Assembly (NCBI GenBank): GCA_965644265.1
Contig: OZ286466.1
Location: 65,162,001-65,226,000, forward strand
Origin: Glycera tridactyla
Lineage: Eukaryota
DNA length: 64,000 nt
Direction: 5' to 3'
The notes under the pieces were generated by a model. It was given only the letters and a program-made list of their open reading frames with translations. It made no database searches and was not told the DNA's origin. This document shows positions 51,106-62,612 of the stretch, piece by piece (within the stretch, counting starts at the first letter, position 1; every line of letters begins with the position of its first letter). The position numbers and the translations under genes were made by a program.

Positions 51106-51684
51106 TGGCTGATATGATAGAAACATGTTTTCAATGAATGCCCCAAGCAGCATTTGACCAATTCGCATGGAGATTTCATTTCTTTATCGGCGATATTACA
51201 CATGGAGGCGTGTTCAGCTCAGACCCCGCCTCTCGCCCGTCAGTCCCCAACCATCCACCTTCTCGTCAAAGGATAAAGGATGATTGTTTTCCTTGGAGTA
51301 TGAAGGGGTGGGTCAAATCTATATTCATATGCACTTGATTTTGTTAACAATTTTGAGCCTCTGCACACTATGCTCGCTATAGCTGTTTGTTGGGGGGGGG
51401 GGTATGGATCCACAGATTCATCAAAATGAACCCTCGATTCTTCAAAACTGTATTGTAAATTTATTCTGCGAAGATTTCGAAGTGATCCAAGGACTCTTGC
51501 AGTAGGTGGCAAGTGATTTCATTGACCGTGACTCATCATCAGCATTTCGGGAGACATAAATCACGAGCGCGGTTACGGCGAGTTTGTGCATTACTGGGGA
51601 GCAATCACCCCTGATTCAAATAGTAATGACACTAGTGGATCCACAAGAAGTGAATTCGAATGATTCCATCTGAACCAATAACAC

Positions 51685-51752
51685 CGGCGTCTCAATATAG
51701 CGCAGACAGTGTCGACAAGATGTAACACAACTATGCAACCAACCAACCAAAA
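51685..51752 (+). repeat. Short dispersed repeat (family J tail), also at ~3840-3885 and ~7118-7175
   Basis: gtctcaatatagc(a/g)cag followed within ~50 nt by caaccaa-type sequence at all three sites. Confidence 0.5.
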
Positions 51753-52077
51753 CTACATCTGATAAAAAAGTTGATGATTAGAATGTGGTGAATGCGGCTT
51801 CGATACGCCGTTTTTGATGACCTCACAGTGAACTGAGGATGGGTATCTTCGGCACGCGATATTTTGCTCTATTTGGCCTTGTAGGATCCTTTGCAGCTCT
51901 GCTCCTTTCTGCTCCACTGCCCACCCGTAATCGATCGGTCTTATCTCCCACCAACACAACCACCACCTTCAACCAGATTAGGCAACGCTATACACTGGGC
52001 TAACATGAACCCTGATATGGCTCTCCATGAATGGATGGCTGCCAGCTGCTGAATCATTCATCACACGCAAGTTCGAG

Positions 52078-52128
52078 AAAGAGAAAGAGGGGGGGGGGAG
52101 AAAGAAACAGAGAGAGAGAAAGAGAGCG

Positions 52129-52192
<64 letters not shown>
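52078..52192. repeat. (GA)n microsatellite
   Basis: Directly visible. Confidence 0.98.
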
Positions 52193-52194
<2 letters not shown>

Positions 52195-53710
52195 CAATTC
52201 GTTTACTCACTCTTCATACACTTCAGAATTGAACAAGAGCTCCAATATCTCACTCCAAATCAGACAAGTCATCATCACAAGGATGATTATATAAAACAAA
52301 ACAACATGTGTGTTATATCATGGGTGAAGATGTTGCCTCAATAATTCTTGAATTCAAAACAGATGCTTCCTGAAATTCATTCAGCAATATGACGATATAA
52401 AAACGGCCCTTCATCTCCTCTCCACAATCCATCACCAACTACCCTCCATAAGGTCAGTGATTGTCTCGAGAGGGGGAAATTAGGGAGGGCATTAACCTAT
52501 CATTTGAAATTAATTGTTATTTCGAGCACATCTTGGATGGTGCCTTCTGACCGGTCATTTCCTGTATCATCTGATTGATGTTGGTCCAGAATTAGAATAT
52601 CTAAATGTCGGCTGGGGACATTCGTGTTGAAAAAGTAGAACCAAGTAATCACAATCAACATTAATTAGTAGGCTATTATGGTACGATTGGCATGTATTCG
52701 AGAGCCACTTCTCTATACAATCGAATATGATGTACGCAGGGGAAATCATCATGGTACACCCTGAACAATATCATCTATCCCCATAGAGACTGACATTAAT
52801 TGTACTCTGTATGGCCCAAATTCCATACCATATTGCAGAATTATGCTGATATTTCCATCCTCTTACTTGGCAGTCTGAGATGATACCAAGGAGCGAGGAA
52901 GAACAAGGGCGCACTCTAGCGCCGAGGGATCTCCGATGAGGCGTGAAAACATAAACAAACCGGATTGGGCGTCTGCGCCGCGGACCCACCAGCAGCTCTC
53001 GCCGTGACCTATTTAGCCTATATTAATACGCTGCCTTGCATACAAGTACTGTTTGTGCGCAGCTATACATATCCGAGTCCGACATCTGTGTAATGTAGTG
53101 TGGGGAGACTCGCCTGTCATGTAGTCGCCACATTTTTTCAAATTGTCGTCAATCAGATCAATAAATCAAGATGAAATTGTGTCATATGTTTCACACAGCT
53201 CCGATCAAGGTTTGGTTGATGACAGCAGTCTCGAGTCTTAGAATCGCCGATTTTAGTTCGCAGGTCGAGCAGCCGGACATCTCAAGAAGGGTCTGATGGT
53301 CCAACTCTTGCTCATCGGTGGGCAGCTTTAATATTGTCTGAATGTTGCCGCCAAGAGCACATTGGAAAATTTCCTCGATCAGCTATCTCAATCACCAGCA
53401 TTTCCACACACGGAAATATATCGAATTTTGACAATGAAGGCACTCTACCTCCAAATTGACACACTCTCTCATTGGACAAGCATCTGGATACCACCAACCT
53501 CAAAGCAACTGGGTTGTTCCTGTGTACTCGGAGGTGGACTATTTGACCAATGGTGTTCGTATTCATACACCCAGAGAGAGCTACTGGGGCAAATTATACA
53601 TACACACAATTCATCGGTGGTGAAATAGTGGGAATGCATGGAGATTTAGTAGAATGAATCATAAACCCTTGGTGATCCTACAATCCGCCTTGATAATGCG
53701 AATATGAGAG

Positions 53711-54088
53711 TTTTTTGGGTTTGTTTGAGGTTCAACGGCATGTATCAACCCACAGAATGATTTATGCCGTGTGTTCCTGGTCAATGAAAGCTAGATGTTC
53801 TCTCCCCTGCAGACATCACTCTCACAAACCCTGAACACAAGATGATGAGGAGCCTGAAAGGTTGTCAAGTGGAAGTAGCTGACAGTTCAGACACACCTCT
53901 ACCTACTCTTCCTGAACATACTATATCTAATTATGGCATATCTAACTATGCAACTGGCTGGAAGCTAACACTCAAGCCTGATAGCAATGTTTTTTTTGGC
54001 AGAGCGCAGCACTTGACACGAGGAAAAGCATTAGATTCGGAGAATACTCAACCAATGTGTCCAATTACAAACTGTCAACTTCAAACCA
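53711..54088 (-). mobile_element. Family B retroposon copy, antisense, with a different 5' extension shared with the 48958 copy
   Basis: gtttgtttgaggttcaacggcatgtatcaaccc...ctctcacaaaccctgaacacaagatgatg...ggttgtcaagtggaagtagctgacagttcagacacacct is the reverse complement of the 13526 copy's 3' half. Confidence 0.75.
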
Positions 54089-54477
54089 GCTTCACAATAA
54101 TGTCTTGCCCTATACTCGCGATACAGCCTTGATAATGCAAATATGAGGGGAATATTTTGTATGAGCAATGGCAGTATTTGAAAAAGCTGCATTGTTCGGC
54201 AATCAATACCAAAACGAGATCATCATTGGATTGGATTGCTTTCACTGCCAATTTGCTCAATTTGAATGATGGATAGGATTGTTTTTGCAAAAGACTAGAT
54301 ACGGGTACCACAGAGATCATTTCAAATTGATGAAATGTTCATCACAGCATTCAGAAGGTGGCAATCTGGCCTAGAAGAGTTTTGACGATAATGTCACAAG
54401 ATGATTTGCTAGCAAATTCTCCAAAGAAACTACGCACCGATCAATCTGTACCAGCCAGATGACGCTTCAGCAATATT

Positions 54478-54768
54478 GGCATTACCGAAAGTAAATCTAA
54501 TTCAGAATAAGGATTCAGCTTCTGAACCACGGTGAGGCATTACCAAAAGTAAATCTAATTCGGAATAAGAATTCAGCTTTTGAATCACGGTGAGGCATTA
54601 CCGAAAGTAAATCTAATTCAGAATAAGAATTCAGCGTCTGAACCACGGTGAGGCATTACCGAAAGCAAATCTAATTCAGAATAAGAATTCAGCTTTTGAA
54701 CCACGGTGAGGCATTACCGAAAGTAAATCTAATTCAGAATGAGAATTCAGCTTTTGAACCACGGTGAG
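54478..54768. repeat. 58-bp tandem repeat, 5 copies
   Basis: Unit ggcattaccgaaagtaaatctaattcagaataagaattcagcttttgaaccacggtga. Confidence 0.95.
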
Positions 54769-55432
54769 ATTCCCGGTAAATTATATGATCTCGGACATGA
54801 AACTATCGTACGTGAGAAGGAAAGCGAACGTGTTGCCGACCGGAAAAGAAGGATGATCAGCATTTTTTCAATTCAATTCAGCAAATAATCAAATGCCATT
54901 GTTTTTTAAAGAAAAATGCTGAAATGTGACTACTTTTATCTGATTGACTGAAAGTCATTTATTCAAATCCGATTGCTCACTCGTTCCAGAAGTGGGACTT
55001 TTACACCAACATAAATATTCAAATCCTTTTGAGTATTTTCCTAGGCTGCTCTCGAAAAAATTCGGAAGCTTCCGTGGTCTTGCCTGATCGGTTTGGATAT
55101 GGGATATACCGATTCCAGATATCTTAAAATTCAGAGTAGTTTCCGAGAACCATGGGTGAAAAATCAAATGTGCATTCGGATAAGCCGAAGATGATCAGCG
55201 ATGGCGTTTTCTTAGCCTAAATTGACGTGCTTGAGTGTGGAGCATGGATTGAATATAAATGTGTTATCACAATGGTTCCTCTAGCTTTGATTGCTTGTTA
55301 ATTTGAGAATTATTCTCATTCCACTAGGGAATCTATAAAGCCTCGATGATGCTCATGGGATGTCAAACTACCAACCACCCAACAAACCTCAGTACCGGTA
55401 ATCATCACAGTGGATATCATCAAATTTGAACT

Positions 55433-55645
55433 CAGTGCATGCCAATTTGGGTATCAAAGGCCGGCGTATGTATGGGAGTCTTTTTCTGTATGCACGTAAA
55501 AGAACCACTGCTGTCTTTTGCAAAGAGTAGGGACGGCCCCCGGCAGTGGTGTCTATTTCCTTCAGCATTTTCAGTTTTTCAGTCTGATATAACCAAAGGT
55601 GGTTGAAAGGACATCAAACCCAAACAAATAAACAAACAAACAACA
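55433..55645 (+). mobile_element. SINE-like family A copy with (CAAA)n tail
   Basis: Same core, ending cccaaacaaataaacaaacaaac. Confidence 0.8.
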
Positions 55646-56804
55646 TCATCAAATTTGTCTTACCCTATGTCATCATCATACCATCAATTGTCAACGTACC
55701 TGCAACACAGGAGTAAATCATTTATTAATGTTTCATTCCATCAATTACTGTACAATGCAACAACGTCATCTTGTCCTGGAATCCAACAGTTGTATAATGA
55801 ATTTTTGATGCCTTAGTGGCTGAAATAAAATTCTGGTCCACTGTCGTCAAAGCCCTTTGGCGAATTAGACATGCCATGGGACTAACAAACAAACCAACAT
55901 GCGTTGGAAAAAAATGGACACTCGAGGTAACTACAGATATACTCTCTCCACCGGAAACAACAACAATGGATGGGTGATTTGTAAGCAACTTTGTATCACT
56001 CGCCATCGCTTGTGGTCTCGGCGGGACTCATAAACCATTAAGTGAAAGATAATTTATCGTTCTCACAGACAGATCATATTAAGAAACTGCGACAAATACA
56101 ATGAGGCAAGGTAGCAAATGGCTATATCTATACACCGTAAATATGATTATACTTCATTTGTTTTCTATCTGAGCCCGAGTTAACATCATACATGTGCCTA
56201 TATTGTGTTTAATCCATGACCAGTTGTACAACGAAAGTGATCAAGTTACCTGGTTGTATACACATTCCAGTGACTCCCGAGTGTGGTGGAATATAAAGTT
56301 AAACTCGTTGAGTATTATTTTCCATATTCAATGTTTACAATGTTGCACTTATATAGTATCAGTTACCTTTGTTCAATTGTCTTTGGACTGTGTAATAAAA
56401 CACTTTTTTCCGTCTTTACCAGTTTATATATTACTTTATTTATCTTCGTGCAAATATAATTACCCCACAGTGAAGCGTATCCAATAAGACGAAAGAAAAC
56501 CGGTCTTTTTCCCAAAATGTCTGAATGTCCAGTCGCGAACAAGACTCTGGATGAGAACACGACTCTTATAAAAGGCCAAAGTTGTGTACATGATGGTTTT
56601 CAACCAATAGGAGCAATTCAAATGTGTGTGGCATGGTGGTGTCCATATTTGATGACCGATGTCCAATTACCACAGTAATCGAGTTGATGAACACTAACTT
56701 AATCATCATAGCCTGGCGTAGTGCACTACCAGTATAAGAAGTTGCCATGTCCAAGCAACCGTCTCAACGGAGCCTGAATTGATCAGAAGTAAGAATTGGT
56801 CGCC

Positions 56805-56900
56805 CTGGCGCCGATGGCATAGTGGTAAAGTCAGGAAGACGTGCACCCTACATTGACCCAAATATTATCAATGCTGCAGCCAGGGCGGGAAATCGAGTTA
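56805..56900 (+). mobile_element. tRNA-like SINE head, possibly related to family C
   Basis: A-box-like TGGCATAGTGG, then ttgacccaaat...gctgcag similar to family C. Confidence 0.4.
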
Positions 56901-58169
56901 CACCTAATAAAACCTGTCCAGCTGTCATCAGTCATGACAGTGTGTACAGATTAGGACATCCCTGTGTGTTCCATCCCACGTGGAATTTTCCATTTTCATC
57001 TCCCTATCCAGTTCAATATTCTCCCCTTTCTCTTCACCTTTTTACTGGAGTAAATCAGTCGTATTTGCAGATTCATTTGCAATAATCTTTGAGCAATGGA
57101 AGAAAGTTATCCTTTCATAGGAACATCCGGACACTGGCCCCTGAATACCCTGTAGAAATTTGCTGAAATTCATTTTGTTCACAGCTGTCATAGACAAGGT
57201 CTTTGATAAAGTTATATATGTCATGTGATTCACGCCCGAACCCTCGGCTAACTAGCGTTGCGCTTTCTAATGCCGACAAAAACGATTTGGCTCTACTCGT
57301 CTTTTCATATTTTCCCGATGCTTTCCCTGTAAAGTAATTCACTAGGAGATGATGTATATTATTTGGTATGGGCTGTATCGATACAACAATTGTCTCAGCT
57401 GGTTGATGACAATGTCTTTATTGGAACATGACTGACATTTTCCAAAAATAAACGTTGTCGAAATATCAAGGAGACAGTGAGACCCTGGCATCGTTTTTAC
57501 CGATGACAGATATGGTGAACTTAATTATTCTGGCTGATAAGAGAAGAGTTTCATTAATTGAATTCTTTTGTTCTGACTGGGGATAGCGTCAGCCTGTCAC
57601 GCCCAATAATATGTCCAAACATGTGTCGCTAGCCACCTAACTAATTTCTGAATATCTGCTTGATCAGGGACCGAGTTACATCAATCAAGAATAGACCAGT
57701 TTACCCCATTTATGGCAGTGTTTAACAGAATGACAAAATGACAGAATGATGTGCTTTTATTTCTTTCGGCGTGAGAAGCATACAACGTGGTATAACATAT
57801 CTCACATAACGTCTGAAACTCAGACACTTGTCTGTCACTGGCTACCACCGAATTTCATATACTTTCGTTCCTTTCTGCTCTTCAAAGTCGATACTTATTG
57901 TATACTTACACCCTCCATTATATATTGTGTCAACTGAACGAGTCAATATCCGAAGATTTGTCAATAACTGATTAGGTAAAAATGTAAAGTGAGAACATAG
58001 AGGCTGTAAATGTATAAACATGATTTATTGAGTCAATCATTCATCGTCATTTCGTATCACAGTATCACCCATATTCATGTTCATTTCGTCATATGTATAT
58101 ATCCATCTCATATCTCATCACTCGTAGTTTGAATACTAACATGTTAAATCGTCATCCTGGAAACATATG

Positions 58170-58247
58170 CTGCCCTACTGTGTATGTAAATGCATTGACG
58201 AAGTTAAATAAAGTTGTTTGAATTTGAATTTGAATTTGGATTTGAAT
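58170..58247 (+). mobile_element. LINE 3' tail only
   Basis: AATAAA followed by (TTTGAA)n. Confidence 0.45.
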
Positions 58248-59230
58248 ATTAGATCTTGGATCATTCTGCGGAAGCTATCGGAACAGCAGATATTCATGTT
58301 AGTCAACCGATGAACATACAAAGTGGGAGGAAAAAATCCTTTAGTGAAGCTATAGTGATAGAGATAGATACCTGAGCCCAAAAATCTAGTCAATCAAACA
58401 ATCCTCTTATACCACATGGCATGTACAAATGTAATGAAGTCTATTGAAACCTCGTTTTTTTTTAAATGTCGAATTAATGTACTTGAATTCTCCTATCGTA
58501 TTGATGTCTTCCTATTCTGCAGGTGAAGAATTACAAATCTTAGCTCCCAATACTGCGAGAGACTCGGCTCCCTGACACGTTCTACATTTGTATATTTTCA
58601 GATTGAGGTTTTTACTTGCTCGGGTGGCCATGCCCATGGAGAAGATTGTTTGTTTGAGGACATATAATAATAGGTCCGGCCTCTATGACTATCCCTGTCT
58701 TCGATTTTGTCTTTGCACCTAAGTCTGTATCTAAGTATGTCTGTGTGTTCCTCTCTCATGATCACTCTCTCATTTCATTCCAATTTAGCTTCTCTAGCAT
58801 TATCGTGTGATTACCATGTCGAATGCTTGAACCAGGTCCACGAGGAACACTCCACAGACTCCCCTGGTGCACTTATATTAACAGATTCCATTCAAGAGTT
58901 GTATTAGGCATGTGTCCGTGACGTGACCTTTCCTGAAACCTGACTGAGCGTAGTGAAAAAAAGAGATTCTTTGTAGATGTAAAATTATTGGCTATCTATG
59001 AGTCGTTCCATCATCTTCCCTAATGTATGTGTCTGTGACCGCTTGGACCATCTAAGTCTCCAGATTTCTAAAGTGCTGATACTAAAGCTACTTTCCTGTC
59101 ATTTGGGGAAGTTGGATGTGTTGGATGATATTGCTAACCTAGTGTGAGAAAAAAATCATACATGGGTACAAGTAACATAATTCTACACGGATCATCATCG
59201 ATAGATGTTGATCAATTGAAAATCTCACTC

Positions 59231-61645
59231 AAATGACGTCATAGCAACGGGCAGACCTATTAGCGTCATATTGTTGGCTGTAGGCTGACGTCATTTGTAA
59301 CGGCAATGTGTTCCTTTTTTTCTTTTCTGTCTGCACATCAGACTACCATTATACCGTTATTGAATGAGTCTGTGGCATTCACGCGCCATCGGGCAGAAAT
59401 TATAGTCCATTATAACATAATCCAGGGTATTACAATGGCATCACAGATGATGCACACCGTTGCTTTTTCAGATTGACGAGGCTACACTAAGGATTTGCTC
59501 AACAAGAATGAATTTCTCCCTCTGATATTGGAAATTAGTTTCATTCTCACATTTGATGTGTCCTCATCATGAGAAAAACGTTGGTTGTTTGGTGTCTTAG
59601 GTGACGTGAGCACCCTTTGGTCTATAGTGAGATGCCATTATAATGGTCTTGGGTGGGTTCATTCGAGACTCCGCATCCTCAGTCATCAATGGAAGATGTG
59701 AACACATGAAATTCATGGACGCGTAAGGTGTCACTTCAACTAATCATAGTTCTGGCATGAATTCTAGCAAGAATGACAATTTCCATAGGTGACAAAACAC
59801 AGTATAGAAGACCCTTTCTGACTACTTATGCAACTACATGCGCAACTCCGACATATAGGCAGATCTCTTTGCATCACTCTCAGGTTTACATATCCAGGCG
59901 ACATGACCATTCTCCTGTCAAGAAGAAATCACCGATAATGGCCAAATGTTCTTTTTCAAATGAAATCTGCCGTTTCAGATCTCGTTGATTCGATGATTGA
60001 TATATAACATAGAAAATGACGTCATAGCAACGGACAGACCTATTAGCGTCATATTGTTGGCTGTAGGCTGACGTCATTTGTATCGGCAATGTGTTCTTTT
60101 CTGTCTGCACATCAGACTACCATTATACCGTTATTGAATGAGTCTGTGGCATTCACGCGCCATCGGGCAGAAATTATAGTCCATTATAATGTAATCCAGG
60201 GTATTACAATGGCATCACAGATGATGCACACCGTTGCTTTTTCAGATTGAATTGAACTGAATTGAATTCTTTTATTTATACTCACAGGGGAGGGAGGGGG
60301 GGGGGGGGGGGTCAAAGCCATATTTCCTCCCCTTCGGGTGCAAACAAACATTCACAAATGAATAGCTGAGAAACAGTAATTAGGAACATGAACATAAACA
60401 AAACAAAACAAAAAATACAAAATTGACGTACACTAAGGATTTGCTCAACAAGAATGATATATTCTCTCTCTCTCTGATATTGAAAATTAGTTTCATTCTC
60501 ACATTCGATGTGTCCTCATCATGAGAAAAACGTTGGCTGTTTGGTGTCTCACGTGACGTGAGCACCCTCTGGTCTATAGTGAGATGCCATTGTAATGGTC
60601 TTGGGTGGGTTAATTCGAGACTCCGCCTCCTCAGTCATCAACGGGAGGTGTAAACACATGAAATTCATGGACGCGTAAGGTGTCACTTCAACAAGTCATA
60701 GTTCTGGCATGAATTCTAGCAAGAATGACAATTTCCATAGGTGACAAAACACAGTATAGAAGACCCTTTCTGACTACCTATGCAACTATATGCGCAACTC
60801 CGACATATAGGCAGATCTCTTTGCATCACTCTCAGGTTTACATATCCAGGCGACATGACCATTCTCCTGTCAAGAAGAAATCACCGATAGTGGCCAAATG
60901 TTCTTTTTCAAATGAAATCTGCCGTTTCAGATCTCGTTGATTCGATGATTGATATACAACATAGAAAATGACGTCATTGCAATGGACAGACCTATTAGCG
61001 TCATATTGTTGGCTGGTTGGCTGACATCGTTTGTAACGGCAATGTGTTCTTTTCTGTCTGCACATCAGACTACCATTATACCGTTATTGAATGAGTCTGT
61101 GGCATTCACGCGCCATCGGGCAGAAATTATAGTCCATTATAATGTGATCCAGGGTATTACAATGGCATCACTGATAATGCATACCATTGCTTTCTCAGAT
61201 TGACGAGACTACACAAGAATGAATTTCTCTCTCTGATATTGGAAATTGATTTCATTCTCACATTCGATGTGTCCTTATCATGAGAAAAACGTTTGTTGTT
61301 TGCCATTATAATGGTCTTGGTTGGGTTCATTCGAGACTCCACATCCTCAGTCATCAACAGGAGGTGTAAACTCATGAAATTGACGGACGCTCAGGGTGTC
61401 ATTCAGACTGATCATAGTTCTGCTATGACCTCTGACAAAAATGACGGTTTCCATAGGTGATGAAACACAGTATAGAAGACTCTTTTTGACTCATTCTGCA
61501 ACCATATACGCATCTCTGACATATAGGCAGATCTCTTTGCATCTCTGTCACGTCTGCATGTCCAAGCAACTTGATAATTCTCTTAGCAAGAAGAACTCAT
61601 CGATCATGGCCAGTTCTCAATTTCCAAATGAAATCTGCCATTAGA
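59231..61645. repeat. Tandem triplication of a ~780-bp unit
   Basis: Units start aaatgacgtcat at 59231, 60014 and 60966; copy 2 carries a retroposon insert; copy 3 diverges strongly in its second half. Confidence 0.95.
60251..60421 (-). mobile_element. 5'-truncated retroposon insertion in copy 2 of the tandem triplication
   Basis: Absent from copies 1 and 3; flanked by ATTGA (60246-50 and 60422-26); its left end is the reverse complement of AATAAA plus a (TTCAA)n tail. Confidence 0.75.
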
Positions 61646-62042
61646 AATCTAATATCGAAAATAAACAGTGTCGTCGATTTCTTCAGACCAATATAATTTT
61701 ATCCTTGGAATGTAATTGAGAGCATGCGGAAGTTTATCCATAGTGAACGGTATATTCTACTGAATCGGATTGATGTATCCCTTCAAATAATTTATCTATA
61801 TTCGGGAGAGGGTGAGCATATCTTCCTCCCCAAAGAGTACTACTTGCAAACCACGTAGTGCTGATCGCAACCGAGAGAAACTAACCGAATAATATTTTTG
61901 TGATGAATGATGTATCAATCCATACATACATTCATAATATCCACATATATGAACGTCAGGTATAAACATAGGAATACAGATCTACGTGTGATGGATTATG
62001 AGCCACGAGACAAAGAGGATGAATCAGCAAGGGTTCTGCAAG

Positions 62043-62612
62043 CTCGTGGAAGAATCATCATTACATCCCTGCATATATTCTAAGCTTCCACTCATGGAAA
62101 AACAATTATCAGATCCCTGCATATATTCTAAGCTTCAACTCGTGAAGGAAACATTACCAGATCCCTGCATATATTCTAAGCTTCAACTCGTGGAAGAAAC
62201 ATCCTCATATCCCTGCATATATTCTAAGATTCCACTCGTGGAAGAAACATTATCAGATCCCTGTATATATTCTAAGCTTTAACTCGTGGAAGAAATATTA
62301 TCAGATCCCTGCATTCATTCTGAGCTTTAACTTGTGGAAGAAACATTATCAGATCCCTGCATATATTCCAAGCTTCAACTCGTTGAAGAAACATTATCAG
62401 ATCCCTGCATATATTCTAAGCCTCAACTCCTGGAAGAAACATTATCAGATCCATGCATATATTTCAAGCTTCAACTTGTGGAAGAAACATTATCAGATCC
62501 ATGCATATATTTCAAGCTTCAACTCGTGGAAGAAATATCATCAGATCCCTGCATATATTCTAAGCTTCAACTCGTGGAAGGAATGTTATCAGATCTCTGT
62601 GTATTTTCTGAG
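62043..62612. repeat. 48-bp minisatellite, ~12 copies
   Basis: Unit gatccctgcatatattctaagcttcaactcgtggaagaaacattatca. Confidence 0.95.

Noticed and set aside
52027-52344. RE-repeat ORFs
   Set aside because: Translation of a (GA)n microsatellite.
54000-54120. QPMCPITNCQL as the zinc-knuckle C-terminus of an I/Nimb LINE
   Set aside because: The conserved His is missing, upstream residues do not match, and the frame is antisense to the element's tailed strand.
55725-56006. 93-aa minus-strand ORF with a good Kozak context as the gene's first exon
   Set aside because: No N-terminal hydrophobic signal and no phase-1 donor linking it to the 11562 exon.
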